A DNA stretch of 64,000 nucleotides from the human T2T-CHM13v2.0 reference genome, Homo sapiens. The notes under the pieces are model-generated. The model had not been told where the DNA came from. It made no database searches and was given only the letters and a program-made list of their open reading frames with translations. This document shows positions 28,386 through 42,645 of the stretch, piece by piece; the stretch's first letter is position 1, and every line of letters starts with the position of its first letter. The stretch is from NCBI RefSeq assembly GCF_009914755.1, contig NC_060948.1, one strand, 5' to 3'. The translations under genes were made by a program, and so were the position numbers.

Positions 28386-31300
28386 TAGAGTGAAATGGAA
28401 TCGAACCACAAGGAATGGACAGGAATAGAATGGTCTCGAATTGAATGGAATCGTATGGAATGGCATCAATCGGAATGGAATGGACAGCCACGGAATGGAA
28501 TGCACTCGAATGCAATGGAGTCGAAACTTATGGACTGGAATAGAATGGACTCGACTGGTACGGACTCCAATAGAATGGAATCGAATGGAAGGGATTCGAA
28601 CGGAATGGACTCGAAGGGAAAAGACTGCAATGGAAAGGTCTCGAATGGAATGGAAATTAATGGAATGGAATGGAATCGAATGAAATGGAGTCAAAAGGAA
28701 TGGAATCGAATGGCAAGAAATCCAATGTAATGGAATCGCAAGGAATTGATGTGAACGGAACGGAATGGAATGGAATCCAAAGGAATGGAATAGAATGGAA
28801 TGGAATCGAATGGAAAGGACTCGAATGGAAATCACTCGAATAGAATGAAATTCAATAAAATAGGATCAAATGTAATTGAATGGAATGGAAAGGAATCGAA
28901 ACGAAAGGAATGGAGACAGATGGAATGGAATGGAACAGAGAGCAATGGTATAGAATGGAATGGAATCATCTGGAATGGAATTGAATGGAATGGAATAATA
29001 TGAAATGGAATGGAATGGAATGGAATGGAATGCCCTTGAATTAAATGGACTGGAATGGAATGGACTCGAACAGAGTGGAATGGAAAGTGTTGAGATAGAA
29101 TGGAATGGACTCCTTTGGAATGGTCTAGTATGCAATGCAATCGACTGGCCGGGAATCAAAAGGAATGTAATCGAATGGATTAGACTGGAATGCAATGGAC
29201 TCGAATAGATTGGAAACGGAATGCAAAGGAATGGAATGGAATAGTATGGAATGGAATGGAAAGGAATGGAGTGGAATAGACTAGAGTGGAATGGAATGGA
29301 CTGGAAAGCAATGGACTGGAATGGAACTTTCTTGAATGGACTGGAATCAAACGGAATGGAATGCAATGCAATCAAATGGCATGGAATAAAATAGAATGAA
29401 AGAGAATCAAATGGAATTGAATCGAATGGAATCGAATGGATTGGAAAGGAATAGAATGGAATGGAATGGAATTGACTCAAATGGAATGGACTAGAATGGA
29501 ATGGATTCGAATGGAAGGCAAAGGAATGGAATCTATTGGAATGGACTGTAATGGAATGGAATGGAAGGGATTGGAATGGACTCGAATGGAATGGACTGCA
29601 ATAGAAAGGATTCGAATGGAATGAAAAAGAATTGAATGGAATAGAACAGAATGGAATCAAATCGAATGAAATGGAATGGAATAGAAAGGAATGGAATGAA
29701 ATGGAATGGAAAGGATTCGAATGGAATGCAATCGAATGGAATGGAATCGAACGGAATGGAATAAAATGGAAGAAAACTGGCAAGAAATGGAATCGAAATG
29801 AATGGAGTGTTATGGAACGGACTCAAAAGGAATTGAATGTAATAGAATGGAGTGGAGTGGACTCGAATATAATGGACTGGAATGGAATGAAATCACATGG
29901 AATGGGAACGAATGGAATGGAATGGAAAGGAATGGAATCGAATGGAAAGGAATCGAATGGAAGGGAATGAAATTGAATCAACAGGAATGGAAGGGAATAG
30001 AATAGACGGTAATGGAATGGACTCGAATAGAATGGACACGAATGCTCAAATTGAATGGACTCGAATGGAATGGAAACGAAAGGAATGTCATCGAATGGAA
30101 TTGAATCGATTGGAATGAAATCGCATAGAATGGAGTGGAATCAAATGGAATTGAATCGAAAGGAAAGGAAGCGAATGGACTGAAATGAAATGGAATGGAA
30201 TTGAATGGAAAGTAATGCAATGGAATAGAATGGAACGAAATTTCACGGAATGGAATCAAACTGAATGGAATCAAATCAATGGAATCAAATCAAATGGAAT
30301 GGAAAGGAATTGAATGGAGTAGATTGGATTGGATGGGATTGGAATGAAATGTACTGGAAAGGACTCGAATTTCATGAAACGGAATGGAATGAATTGGAAC
30401 GGAATGGACTCGAATGGAATGGAATGTCATGGAATGGCATCAAATGGAATGGCATCAAATGGAATGGAATCGAATGCAATGGAATGCTATGGAATGGAAT
30501 GGAATGCATTGGAATGGAATGTCCTCTAATTGAATGGATTCGAGTGGAATGGAATCGAATATAATGGAGTCGAATGAAATGGAATTGAAAGGAATGGGAT
30601 CGAATACAATGGAATATACTGGAATGTAATGTAATGAACTCGAATGTAATTGACTGGAATGGAATGTACATGAATGGAATGTAATCGAATGGAAAGTAAT
30701 CCAATGGAATAGAATCTAATGCAATAAAATCGACTCAGATAGAGTAGAATGTAATGGAATGGAGTGCAGTGCAATGGAATGGAATGGAATGGAATGCAAT
30801 GGAATGGAAAGGAATGGAATGGAATGGAATGGAATGGGATGGAATGGTATGGAATGGATAGTAATGGACTGGAATGAAATGGACTGGAAAAGAATGGACT
30901 CAAATTGAAAGGGCTCGAAAGGAATGGAGTCAAATGGAATGGTCTGGAATGGAATGAACACGAATGTAATGCAATCCAATAGAATGGAATCGAATGGCAT
31001 GGAATATAAAGAAATGGAATCGAAGAGAATGGAAACAAATGGAATGGAATTGAATGGAATGGAATTGAATGGAATGGGAACGAATGGAGTGAAATTGTAT
31101 GCAGTAGAAGAGAATAGACTGGAATGCAAGCGAAAGGAAAGGAATGGATTGCAATGGAATGGAATTCATTGGAATGGAAGGGAATGTAGTGTAATGGACA
31201 GGCCTGGAATAAAGTGGAATGCTACGGTCTCGAATGGAATAAAAATGTATGGAATGGAATGCAATGAAACGGAATCGAATGTCATAGAATGTAATGGAAT

Positions 31301-31944
31301 GCAAAAAAATGGAATCCAAAATCATTGACTGGAAAGGCTGGGTGTCGAAAGGAATTGACTCCAATGGAATGGAATCGAATGGAATGGAAGTGAATAGAAT
31401 CGAACTAAATCGAATGGAATGGAATTGATAGGAACGGAATGGAAAGGAATGCAATGATTTGGCATGGAATGGAATCGAATGGCATCGAATGGAATGGAAT
31501 GGAATGCAATGGAATGGAATGTATTAGAATGTAATGAACATTAATGGAATGTACTCGAATGGATTCGACTGGAATGGAATGTTCTGGAAGTGAATGGACT
31601 CCAATGGAATGGATTCGAAAGGAATGGAATCGAACGGAATGGAATCTAATGGAATGGAATTAAATGGAAATGAATCAAATTGAATAGCACGGAATTGAAT
31701 TGAATGGAATCGAATGCAATGGAATCTAATGAAACGGAAAGGAAAGGAATGGAATGGAATGGAATGGGCTGGAATGGAAAGGAATCGAAACGAATGGAAT
31801 GGAATCGAACTGAAGAGACTGGAATGGAATGCACTGGAATGGAAGGGAGTGTAATGGAAGGTTCTCGAAAATAATGGAAGCAAATGGAATGGAATTGAAT
31901 GGAACGGAATAGAGTCGAATGGAATTGAATGGAATGGAATGGAC
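28386..31944 (+). repeat. DYZ1 unit 9 (3559 bp)
   Basis: Anchor-to-anchor distance; HaeIII at 31201 plus a private GGCC at 29147. Confidence 0.88.
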
Positions 31945-34900
31945 TAGAGTGAAATGGAATCGAACCACAAGGAATGGACAGGAATAGAATGGTCTCGAAT
32001 TGAATGGAATCGTATGGAATGGCATCAAACGGAATGGAATGGACAGCCACGGAATGGAATGCACTCGAATGCAATGGAGTCGAAACTTATGGACTGGAAT
32101 AGAATGGACTCGACTGGTACGGACTCCAATGGAATGGAATCGAATGGAAGGGATTCGAACGGAATGGACTCGAAGGGAAAAGACTGCAATGGAAAGGTCT
32201 CGAATGGAATGGAAATTAATGGAATGGAATGGAATCGAATGAAATGGAGTCAAAAGGAATGGAATCGAATGGCAAGAAATCGAATGTAATGGAATCGCAA
32301 GTAATTGCTGTGAACGGAACGGAATGGAATGGAATCCAAAGGAATGGAATAGAATGGAATGGAATCGAATGGAAAGGACTCGAATGGAAATCACTCGAAT
32401 GGAATGAAATTTAATAAAATAGGATCAAATGTAATTGAATGGAATGGAAAGGAATCGAAACGAAAGGAATGGAGACAGATGGAATGGAATGGAACAGAGA
32501 GCAATGGTATAGAATGGAATGGAATCATCTGGAATGGAATTGAATGGAATGGAATAATATGAAATGGAATGGAATGGAATGGAATGGCATGCCCTTGAAT
32601 TAAATGGACTGGAATGGAATGGACTCGAACAGAGTGGAATGGAAAGTGTTGAGATAGAATGGAATGGACTCTTTTGGAATGGTCTAGTATGCAATGCAAT
32701 CGACTGGCAGGGAATCAAAAGGAATGTAATCGAATGGATTGGACTGGAATGCAATGGACTCGAATAGATTGGAAACGGAATGCAAAGGAATGGAATGGAA
32801 TAGTATGGAATGGAATGGAAAGGAATGGAGTGGAATAGACTAGAGTGGAATGGAATGGACTGGAAAGCAATGGACTGGAATGGAACTTTCTTGAATGGAC
32901 TGGAATCAAACGGAATGGAATGCAATGCAATCAAATGGCATGGAATAAAATAGAATGAAAGAGAATCAAATGGAATTGAATCGAATGGAATCGAATGGAT
33001 TGGAAAGGAATAGAATGGAATGGAATGGAATTGACTCAAATGGAATGGACTAGAATGGAATGGATTCGAATGGAAGGCAAAGGAATGGAATCTATTGGAA
33101 TGGACAGTAATGGAATGGAATGGAAGGGATTGGAATGGACTCGAATGGAATGGACTGCAATAGAAAGGATTCGAATGGAATGAAAAAGAATTGAATGGAA
33201 TAGAACAGAATGGAATCAAATCGAATGAAATGGAATGGAATAGAAAGGAATGGAATGAAATGGAATGGAAAGGATTCGAATGGAATGCAATCGAATGGAA
33301 TGGAATCGAACGGAATGGAATAAAATGGAAGAAAACTGGCAAGAAATGGAATCGAAATGAATGGAGTGTTATGGAACGGACTCAAAAGGAATTGAATGTA
33401 ATAGAATGGAGTGGAGTGGACTCGAATATAATGAACTGGAATGGAATGAAATCACATGGAATGGGAACGAATGGAATGGAATGGAAAGGAATGGAATCGA
33501 ATGGAAAGGAATCGAATGGAAGGGAATGAAATTGAATCAACAGGAATGGAAGGGAATAGAATAGACGGTAATGGAATGGACTCGAATAGAATGGACACGA
33601 ATGCTGAAATTGAATGGACTCGAATGGAATGGAAACAAAAGGAATGTCATCGAATGGAATTGAATCGATTGGAATGAAATCGCATAGAATGGAGTGGAAT
33701 CAAATGGAATTGAATCGAAAGGAAAGGAAGCGAATGGACTGAAATGAAATGGAATGGAATTGAATGGAAAGTAATGCAATGGAATAGAATGGAACGAAAT
33801 TTCACGGAATGGAATCAAACTGAATGGAATCAAATCAATGGAATCAAATCAAATGGAATGGAAAGGAATTGAATGGAGTAGATTGGATTGGATGGGATTG
33901 GAATGAAATGTACTGGAAAGGACTCGAATTTCATGAAACGGAATGGAATGAATTGGAACGGAATGGACTCGAATGGAATGGAATGTCATGGAATGGCATC
34001 AAATGGAATGGCATCAAATGGAATGGAATCGAATGCAATGGAATGCTATGGAATGGAATGGAATGCATTGGAATGGAATGTCCTCTAATGGAATGGATTC
34101 GAGTGGAATGGAATCGAATATAATGGAGTCGAATGAAATGGAATTGAAAGGAATGGGATCGAATACAATGGAATATACTGGAATGTAATGTAATCAACTC
34201 GAATGTAATTGACTGGAATGGAATGTACATGAATGGAATGTAATCGAATGGAAAGTAATCCAATGGAATAGAATCTAATGCAATAAAATCGACTCAGATA
34301 GAGTAGAATGTAATGGAATGGAGTGCAGTGCAATGGAATGGAATGGAATGGAATGCAATGGAATGGAATGGAATGGAATGGAATGGAATGGAATGGAATG
34401 GAATGGAATGGGATGGAATGGTATGGAATGGATAGTAATGGACTGGAGTGAAATGGACTGGAAAGGAATGGACTCAAATTGAAAGGGCTCGAAAGGAATG
34501 GAGTCAAATGGAATGGTCTGGAATGGAATGAACACGAATGTAATGCAATCCAATAGAATGGAATCGAATGGCATGGAATATAAAGAAATGGAATCGAAGA
34601 GAATGGAAACAAATGGAATGGAATTGAATGGAATGGAATTGAATGGAATGGGAACGAATGGAGTGAAATTGTATGCAGTAGAAGAGAATAGAATGGAATG
34701 CAAGCGAAAGGAAAGGAATGGATTGCAATGGAATGGAATTCATTGGAATGGAAGGGAATGTAGTGTAATGGACAGGCCTGGAATAAAGTGGAATGTTACG
34801 GTCTCGAATGGAATAAAAATGTATGGAATGGAATGCAATGAAACGGAATCGAATGTCATAGAATGTAATGGAATGCAAAAAAATGGAATCCAAAATCATT

Positions 34901-35518
34901 GACAGGAAAGGCTGGGTGTCGAAAGGAATTGACTCCAATGGAATGGAATCGAATGGAATGGAAGTGAATAGAATCGAACTAAATCGAATGGAATGGAATT
35001 GATAGGAACGGAATGGAAAGGAATGCAATGATTTGGCATGGAATGGAATCGAATGGCATCGAATGGAATGGAATGGAATGCAATGGAATGGAATGTATTA
35101 GAATGTAATGAACATTAATGGAATGTACTCGAATGGATTCGACTGGAATGGAATGTTCTGGAAGTGAATGGACTCCAATGGAATGGATTCGAAAGGAATG
35201 GAATCGAACGGAATGGAATCTAATGGAATGGAATTAAATGGAAATGAATCAAATTGAATAGCACGGAATTGAATTGAATGGAATCGAATGCAATGGAATC
35301 TAATGAAACGGACAGGAAAGGAATGGAATGGAATGGAATGGGCTGGAATGGAAAGGAATCGAAACGAATGGAATGGAATCGAACTGAAGAGACTGGAATG
35401 GAATGCACTGGAATGGAAGGGAGTGTAATGGAAGGTTCTCGAAAATAATGGAAGCAAATGGAATGGAATTGAATGGAACGGAATAGAGTCGAATGGAATT
35501 GAATGGAATGGAATGGAC
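31945..35518 (+). repeat. DYZ1 unit 10 (3574 bp)
   Basis: Anchor-to-anchor distance; HaeIII at 34775. Confidence 0.88.
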
Positions 35519-38500
35519 TAGAGTGAAATGGAATCGAACCACAAGGAATGGACAGGAATAGAATGGTCTCGAATTGAATGGAATCGTATGGAATGGCATC
35601 AAACGGAATGGAATGGACAGCCACGGAATGGAATGCACTCGAATGCAATGGAGTCGAAACTTATGGACTGGAATAGAATGGACTCGACTGGTACGGACTC
35701 CAATGGAATGGAATCGAATGGAAGGGATTCGAACGGAATGGACTCGAAGGGAAAAGACTGCAATGGAAAGGTCTCGAATGGAATGGAAATTAATGGAATG
35801 GAATGGAATCGAATGAAATGGAGTCAAAAGGAATGGAATCGAATGGCAAGAAATCAAATGTAATGGAATCGCAAGGAATTGATGTGAACGGAACGGAATG
35901 GAATGGAATCCAAAGGAATGGAATAGAATGGAATGGAATCGAATGGAAAGGACTCGAATGGAAATCACTCGAATGGAATGAAATTTAATAAAATAGGATC
36001 AAATGTAATTGAATGGAATGGAAAGGAATCGAAACAAAACAATGGAGACAGATGGAATGGAATGGAACAGAGAGCAATGGTATAGAATGGAATGGAATCA
36101 TCTGGAATGGAATTGAATGGAATGGAATAATATGAAATGGAATGGAATGGAATGGAATGGAATGCCCTTGAATTAAATGGACTGGAATGGAATGGACTCG
36201 AACAGAGTGGAATGGAAAGTGTTGAGATAGAATGGAATGGACTCTTTTAGAATGGTCTAGTATGCAATGCAATCGACTGGCAGGGAATCAAAAGGAATGA
36301 AATCGAATGGATTGGACTGGAATGCAATGGACTCGAATAGATTGGAAACGGAATGCAAAGGAATGGAATGGAATAGTATGGAATGGAATGGAAAGGAATG
36401 GAGTGGAATAGACTAGAGTGGAATGGAATGGACTGGAAAGCAATGGACTGGAATGGAACTTTCTTGAATGGACTGGAATCAAACGGAATGGAATGCAATG
36501 CAATCAAATGGCATGGAATAAAATAGAATGAAAGAGAATCAAATGGAATTGAATCGAATGGAATCGAATGGATTGGAAAGGAATAGAATGGAATGGAATG
36601 GAATTGACTCAAATGGAATGGACTAGAATGGAATGGATTCGAATGGAAGGCAAAGGAATGGAATCTATTGGAATGGACAGTAATGGAATGGAATGGAAGG
36701 GATTGGAATGGACTCGAATGGAATGGACTGCAATAGAAAGGATTCGAATGGAATGAAAAAGAATTGAATGGAATAGAACAGAATGGAATCAAATCGAATG
36801 AAATGGAATGGAATAGAAAGGAATGGAATGAAATGGAATGGAAAGGATTCGAATGGAATGCAATCGAATGGAATGGAATCGAACGGAATGGAATAAAATG
36901 GCAGAAAACTGGCAAGAAATGGAATCGAAATGAATGGAGTGTTATGGAACGGACTCAAAAGGAATTGAATGTAATAGAATGGAGTGGAGTGGACTCGAAT
37001 ATAATGAACTGGAATGGAATGAAATCACATGGAATGGGAACGAATGGAATGGAATGGAAAGGAATGGAATCGAATGGAAAGGAATCGAATGGAAGGGAAT
37101 GAAATTGGATCAACAGGAATGGAAGGGAATAGAATAGACGGTAATGGAATGGACTCGAATAGAATGGACACGAATGCTCAAATTGAATGGACTCGAATGG
37201 AATGGAAACAAAAGGAATGTCATCGAATGGAATTGAATCGATTGGAATGAAATCGCATAGAATGGAGTGGAATCAAATGGAATTGAATCGAAAGGAAAGG
37301 AAGCGAATGGACTGAAATGAAATGGAATGGAATTGAATGGAAAGTAATGTAATGGAATAGAATGGAACGAAATTTCACGGAATGGAATCAAACTGAATGG
37401 AATCAAATCAATGGAATCAAATCAAATGGAATGGAAAGGAATTGAATGGAGTAGATTGGATTGGATGGGATTGGAATGAAATGTACTGGAAAGGACTCGA
37501 ATTTCATGAAACGGAATGGAATGAATTGGAACGGAATGGACTCGAATGGAATGGAATGTCATGGAATGGCATCAAATGGAATGGTATCGAATGCAATGGA
37601 ATGCTATGGAATGGAATGGAATGCATTGGAATGGAATGTCCTCTAATGGAATGGATTCGAGTGGAATGGAATCGAATATAATGGAGTCGAATGAAATGGA
37701 ATTGAAAGGAATGGGATCGAATACAATGGAATATACTGGAATGTAATGTAATGAACTCGAATGTAATTGACTGGAATGGAATGTACATGAATGGAATGTA
37801 ATCGAATGGAAAGTAATCCAATGGAATAGAATCTAATGCAATAAAATCGACTCAGATAGAGTAGCATGTAATGGAATGGAGTGCAGTGAAATGGAATGGA
37901 ATGGAATGGAATGCAATGGAATGGAATGGAATGGAATGGAATGGAATGGAATGGGATGGGATGGGATGGAATGGTATGGAATGGATAGTAATGGACTGGA
38001 GTGAAATGGACTGGAAAGGAATGGACTCAAATTGAAAGGGCTCGAAAGGAATGGAGTCAAATGGAATGGTCTGGAATGGAATGAACACGAATGTAATGCA
38101 ATCCAATAGAATGGAATCGAATGGCATGGAATATAAAGAAATGGAATCGGAGAGAATGGAAACAAATGGAATGGAATTTAATGGAATGGAATTGAATGGA
38201 ATGGGAACGAATGGAGTGAAATTGTATGCAGTAGAAGGGAATAGAATGGAATGCAAGCAAAAGGAAAGGAATGGATTGGAATGGAATGGAATTCATTGGA
38301 ATGGAAGGGAATGTAGTGTAATGGACAGGCCTGGAATAAAGTGGAATGCTACGGTCTCGAATGGAATAAAAATGTATGGAATGGAATGCAATGAAATGGA
38401 ATCGAATGTCATAGAATGTAATGGAATGCAACAAAATGGAATCCAATATCATTGACTGGAAAGGCTGGGTGTCGAAAGGAATTGACTCCAATGGAATGGA

Positions 38501-39071
38501 ATCGAATGGAATGGAAGTGAATAGAATCGAACTAAATCGAATGGAATGGAATTGATAGGAACGGAATGGAAAGGAATGCAATGATTTGGCATGGAATGGA
38601 ATCGAATGGCATCGAATGGAATGGAATGGAATGCAATGGAATGGAATGTATTAGAATGTAATGAACTTTAATGGAATGTACTCGAATGGATTCGACTGGA
38701 ATGGAATGTTCTGGAAGTGAATGGACTCCAATGGAATGGATTCAAAAGGAATGGAATCGTACGGAATGGAATCTAATGGAATGGAATTAAATGGAAATGA
38801 ATCAAATTGAATAGCACGGAATTGAATTGAATGGAATGGAATGCAATGGAATCTAATGAAACGGAAAGGAAAGGAATGGAATGGAATGGAATGGGCTGGA
38901 ATGGAAAGGAATCGAAACGAATGGAATGGAATCGAACTGAAGAGACTGGAATGGAATGCACTGGAATGGAAGGGAGTGTAATGGAAGGTTCTCGAAAAAA
39001 ATGGAATCGAATGGAATGGAATTGAATGGAACGGAATAGAGTCGAATGGAATTGAATGGAATGGAATGGAC
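35519..39071 (+). repeat. DYZ1 unit 11 (3553 bp, chimeric between subtypes)
   Basis: Anchor-to-anchor distance; HaeIII at 38328; left-subtype markers in the 5' part and right-subtype markers in the 3' part. Confidence 0.85.
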
Positions 39072-42000
39072 TAGAGTGAAATGGAATCGAACCACAAGGA
39101 ATGGACAGGAATAGAATGGTCTCGAATTGAATGGAATCGTATGGAATGGCATCAAACGGAATGGAATGGACAGCCACGGAATGGAATGCACTCGAATGCA
39201 ATGGAGTCGAAACTAATGGACTGGAATAGAATGGACTCGACTGGTACGGACTCCAATGGAATGGAATCGAATGGAAGGGAATCGAACGGAATGGACTCGA
39301 AGGGAAAAGACTGCAATGGAAAGGTCTCGAATGGAATGGAAATTAATGGAATGGAATGGAATCGAATGAAATGGAGTCAAAAGGAATGGAATCGAATGGC
39401 AAGAAATCGAATGTAATGGAATCGCAAGGAATTGATGTGAACGGAACGGAATGGAATGGAATCCAAAGGAATGGAATAGAATGGAATGGAATCGAATGGA
39501 AAGGACTCGAATGGCAATCACTCGAATAGAATGCAATTTAATAAAATAGGATCAAATGTAATGGAATGGAATGGAAAGGAATCGAAACGAAAGGAATGGA
39601 GACAGATGGAATGGAATGGAACAGAGAGCAATGGTATAGAATGGAATGGAATCATCTGGAATGGAATTGAATGGAATGGAATAATATGAAATGGAATGGA
39701 ATGGAATGGAATGGAATGCCCTTGAATTAAATGGACTGGAATGGAATGGACTCGAACAGAGTGGAATGGAAAGTGTTGAGATAGAATGGAATGGACTCCT
39801 TTGGAATGGTCTAGTATGCAATGCAATCGACTGGCAGGGAATCAAAAGGAATGTAATCGAATGGATTGGACTGGAATGCAATGGACTCGAATAGATTGGA
39901 AACGGGATGCAAAGGAATGGAATGGAATAGTATGGAATGGAATGGAAAGGAATGGAGTGGAATAGACTAGAGTGGAATGGAATGGACTGGAAAGCAATGG
40001 ACTGGAATGGAACTTTCTTGAATGGACTGGAATCAAACGGAATGGGATGCAATGCAATCAAATGGCATGGAATAAAATAGAATGAAAGAGAATCAAATGG
40101 AATTGAATCGAATGGAATCGAATGGATTGGAAAGGAATAGAATGGAATGGAATGGAATGGACTCAAATGGAATGGACTAGAATGGAATGGATTCGAATGG
40201 AAGGCAAAGGAATGGAATCTATTGGAATGGACTGTAATGGAATGGAATGGAAGGGATTGGAATGGACTCAAATAGAATGGACTGCAATAGAAAGGATTCG
40301 AATGGAATGAAAAAGAATTGAATGGAATAGAACAGAATGGAATCAAATCGAATGAAATGGAATGGAATAGAAAGGAATGGAATGAAATGGAATGGAAAGG
40401 ATTCGAATGGAATGCAATCGAATGGAATGGAATCGAACGGAATGGAATAAAATGGAAGAAAACTGGCAAGAAATGGAATCGAAATGAATGGAGTGTTATG
40501 GAACGGACTCAAAAGGAATTGAATGTAATAGAATGGAGTGGAGTGGACTCGAATATAATGGACTGGAATGGAATGAAATCACATGGAATGGGAACGAATG
40601 GAATGGAATGGAAAGGAATGGAATCGAATGGAAAGGAATCGAATGGAAGGGAATGAAATTGAATCAACAGGAATGGAAGGGAATAGAATAGACGGTAATG
40701 GAATGGACTCGAATAGAATGGACACGAATGCTCAAATTGAATGGACTCGAATGGAATGGAAACGAAAGGAATGTCATCGAATGGAATTGAATCGATTGCA
40801 ATGAAATCGCATAGAATGGAGTGGAATCAAATGGAATTGAATCGAAAGGAAAGGAAGCGAATGGACTGAAATGAAATGGAATGGAATTGAATGGAAAGTA
40901 ATGCAATGGAATAGAATGGAACGAAATTTCACGGAATGGAATCAAACTGAATGGAATCAAATCAATGGAATCTAATCAAATGGAATGGAAAGGAATTGAA
41001 TGGAGTAGATTGGATTGGATGGGATTGGAATGAAATGTACTGGAAAGGACTCGAATTTCATGAAACGGAATGGAATGAATTGGAACGGAATGGACTCGAA
41101 TGGAATGGAATGTCATGGAATGGCATCAAATGGAATGGCATCAAATGGAATGGAATCGAATGCAATGGAATGCTATGGAATGGAATGGAATGCATTGGAA
41201 TGGAATGTCCTCTAATGGAATGTATTCGAGTGGAATGGAATCGAATATAATGGAGTCGAATGAAATGGAATTGAAAGGAATGGGATCGAATACAATGGAA
41301 TATACTGGAATGTAATGTAATGAACTCGAATGTAATTGACTGGAATGGAATGTACATGAATGGAAGGTAATCGAATGGAAAGTAATCCAATGGAATAGAA
41401 TCTAATGCAATAAAACCGACTCAGATAGTGTAGAATGTAATGGAATGGAGTGCAGTGCAATGGAATGGAATGGAATTGAATGCAATGGAATGGAATGGAA
41501 TGGAATGGAATGGAATGGAATGGAATGGAAAGGAATGGGATGGAATGGTATGGAATGGATAGTAATGGACTGGAGTGAAATGGACTGGAAAGGAATGGAC
41601 TCAAATTGAAAGGGCTCGAAAGGAATGGAGTCAAATGGAATGGTCTGGAATGGAATGAACACGAATGTAATGCAATCCAATAGAATGGAATCGAATGGCA
41701 TGGAATATAAAGAAATGGATTCGAAGAGAATGGAAACAAATGGAATGGAATTGAATGGAATGGAATTGAATGGAATGGGAACGAATGGAGTGAAACTGTA
41801 TGCAGTAGAAGGGAATAGAAAGGAATGCAAGCGAAAGGAAAGGAATGGATTGTAATGGAATGGAATTCATTGGAATGGAAGGGAATGTAGTGTAATGGAC
41901 AGGCCTGGAATAAAGTGGAATGCTACGGTCTCGAATGGAATAAAAATGTATGGAATGGAATGCAATGAAATGGAATCGAATGTCATAGAATGTAATGGAA

Positions 42001-42645
42001 TGCAACAAAATGGAATCCAATATCATTGACTGGAAAGGCTGGGTGTCGAAAGGAATTGACTCCAATGGAATGGAATCGAATGGAATGGAAGTGAATAGAA
42101 TCGAACTAAATCGAATGGAATGGAATTGATAGGAACGGAATGGAAAGGAATGCAATGATTTGGCATGGAATGGAATCGAATGGCATCGAATGGAATGGAA
42201 TGGAATGCAATGGAATGGAATATATTAGAATGAAATGAACTTTAATGGAATGTACTCGAATGGATTCGACTGGAATGGAATGTTCTGGAAGTGAATGGAC
42301 TCCAATGGAATGGATTCAAAAGGAATGGAATCGTACGGAATGGAATCTAATGGAATGGAATTAAATGGAAATGAATCAAATTGAATAGCACGGAATTGAA
42401 TTGAATGGAATGGAATGCAATGGAATCTAATGAAACGGAAAGGAAAGGAAGGGAATGGAATGGAATGGGCTGGAATGGAAAGGAATCGAAACGAATGGAA
42501 TGGAATCGAACTGAAGAGACTGGAATGGAATGCACTGGAATGGAAGGGAGTGTAATGGAAGGTTCTCGAAAAAAATGGAATCGAATGGAATGGAATTGAA
42601 TGGAACGGAATAGAGTCGAATGGAATTGAATGGAATGGAATGGAC
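39072..42645 (+). repeat. DYZ1 unit 12 (3574 bp)
   Basis: Anchor-to-anchor distance; HaeIII at 41902. Confidence 0.88.
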
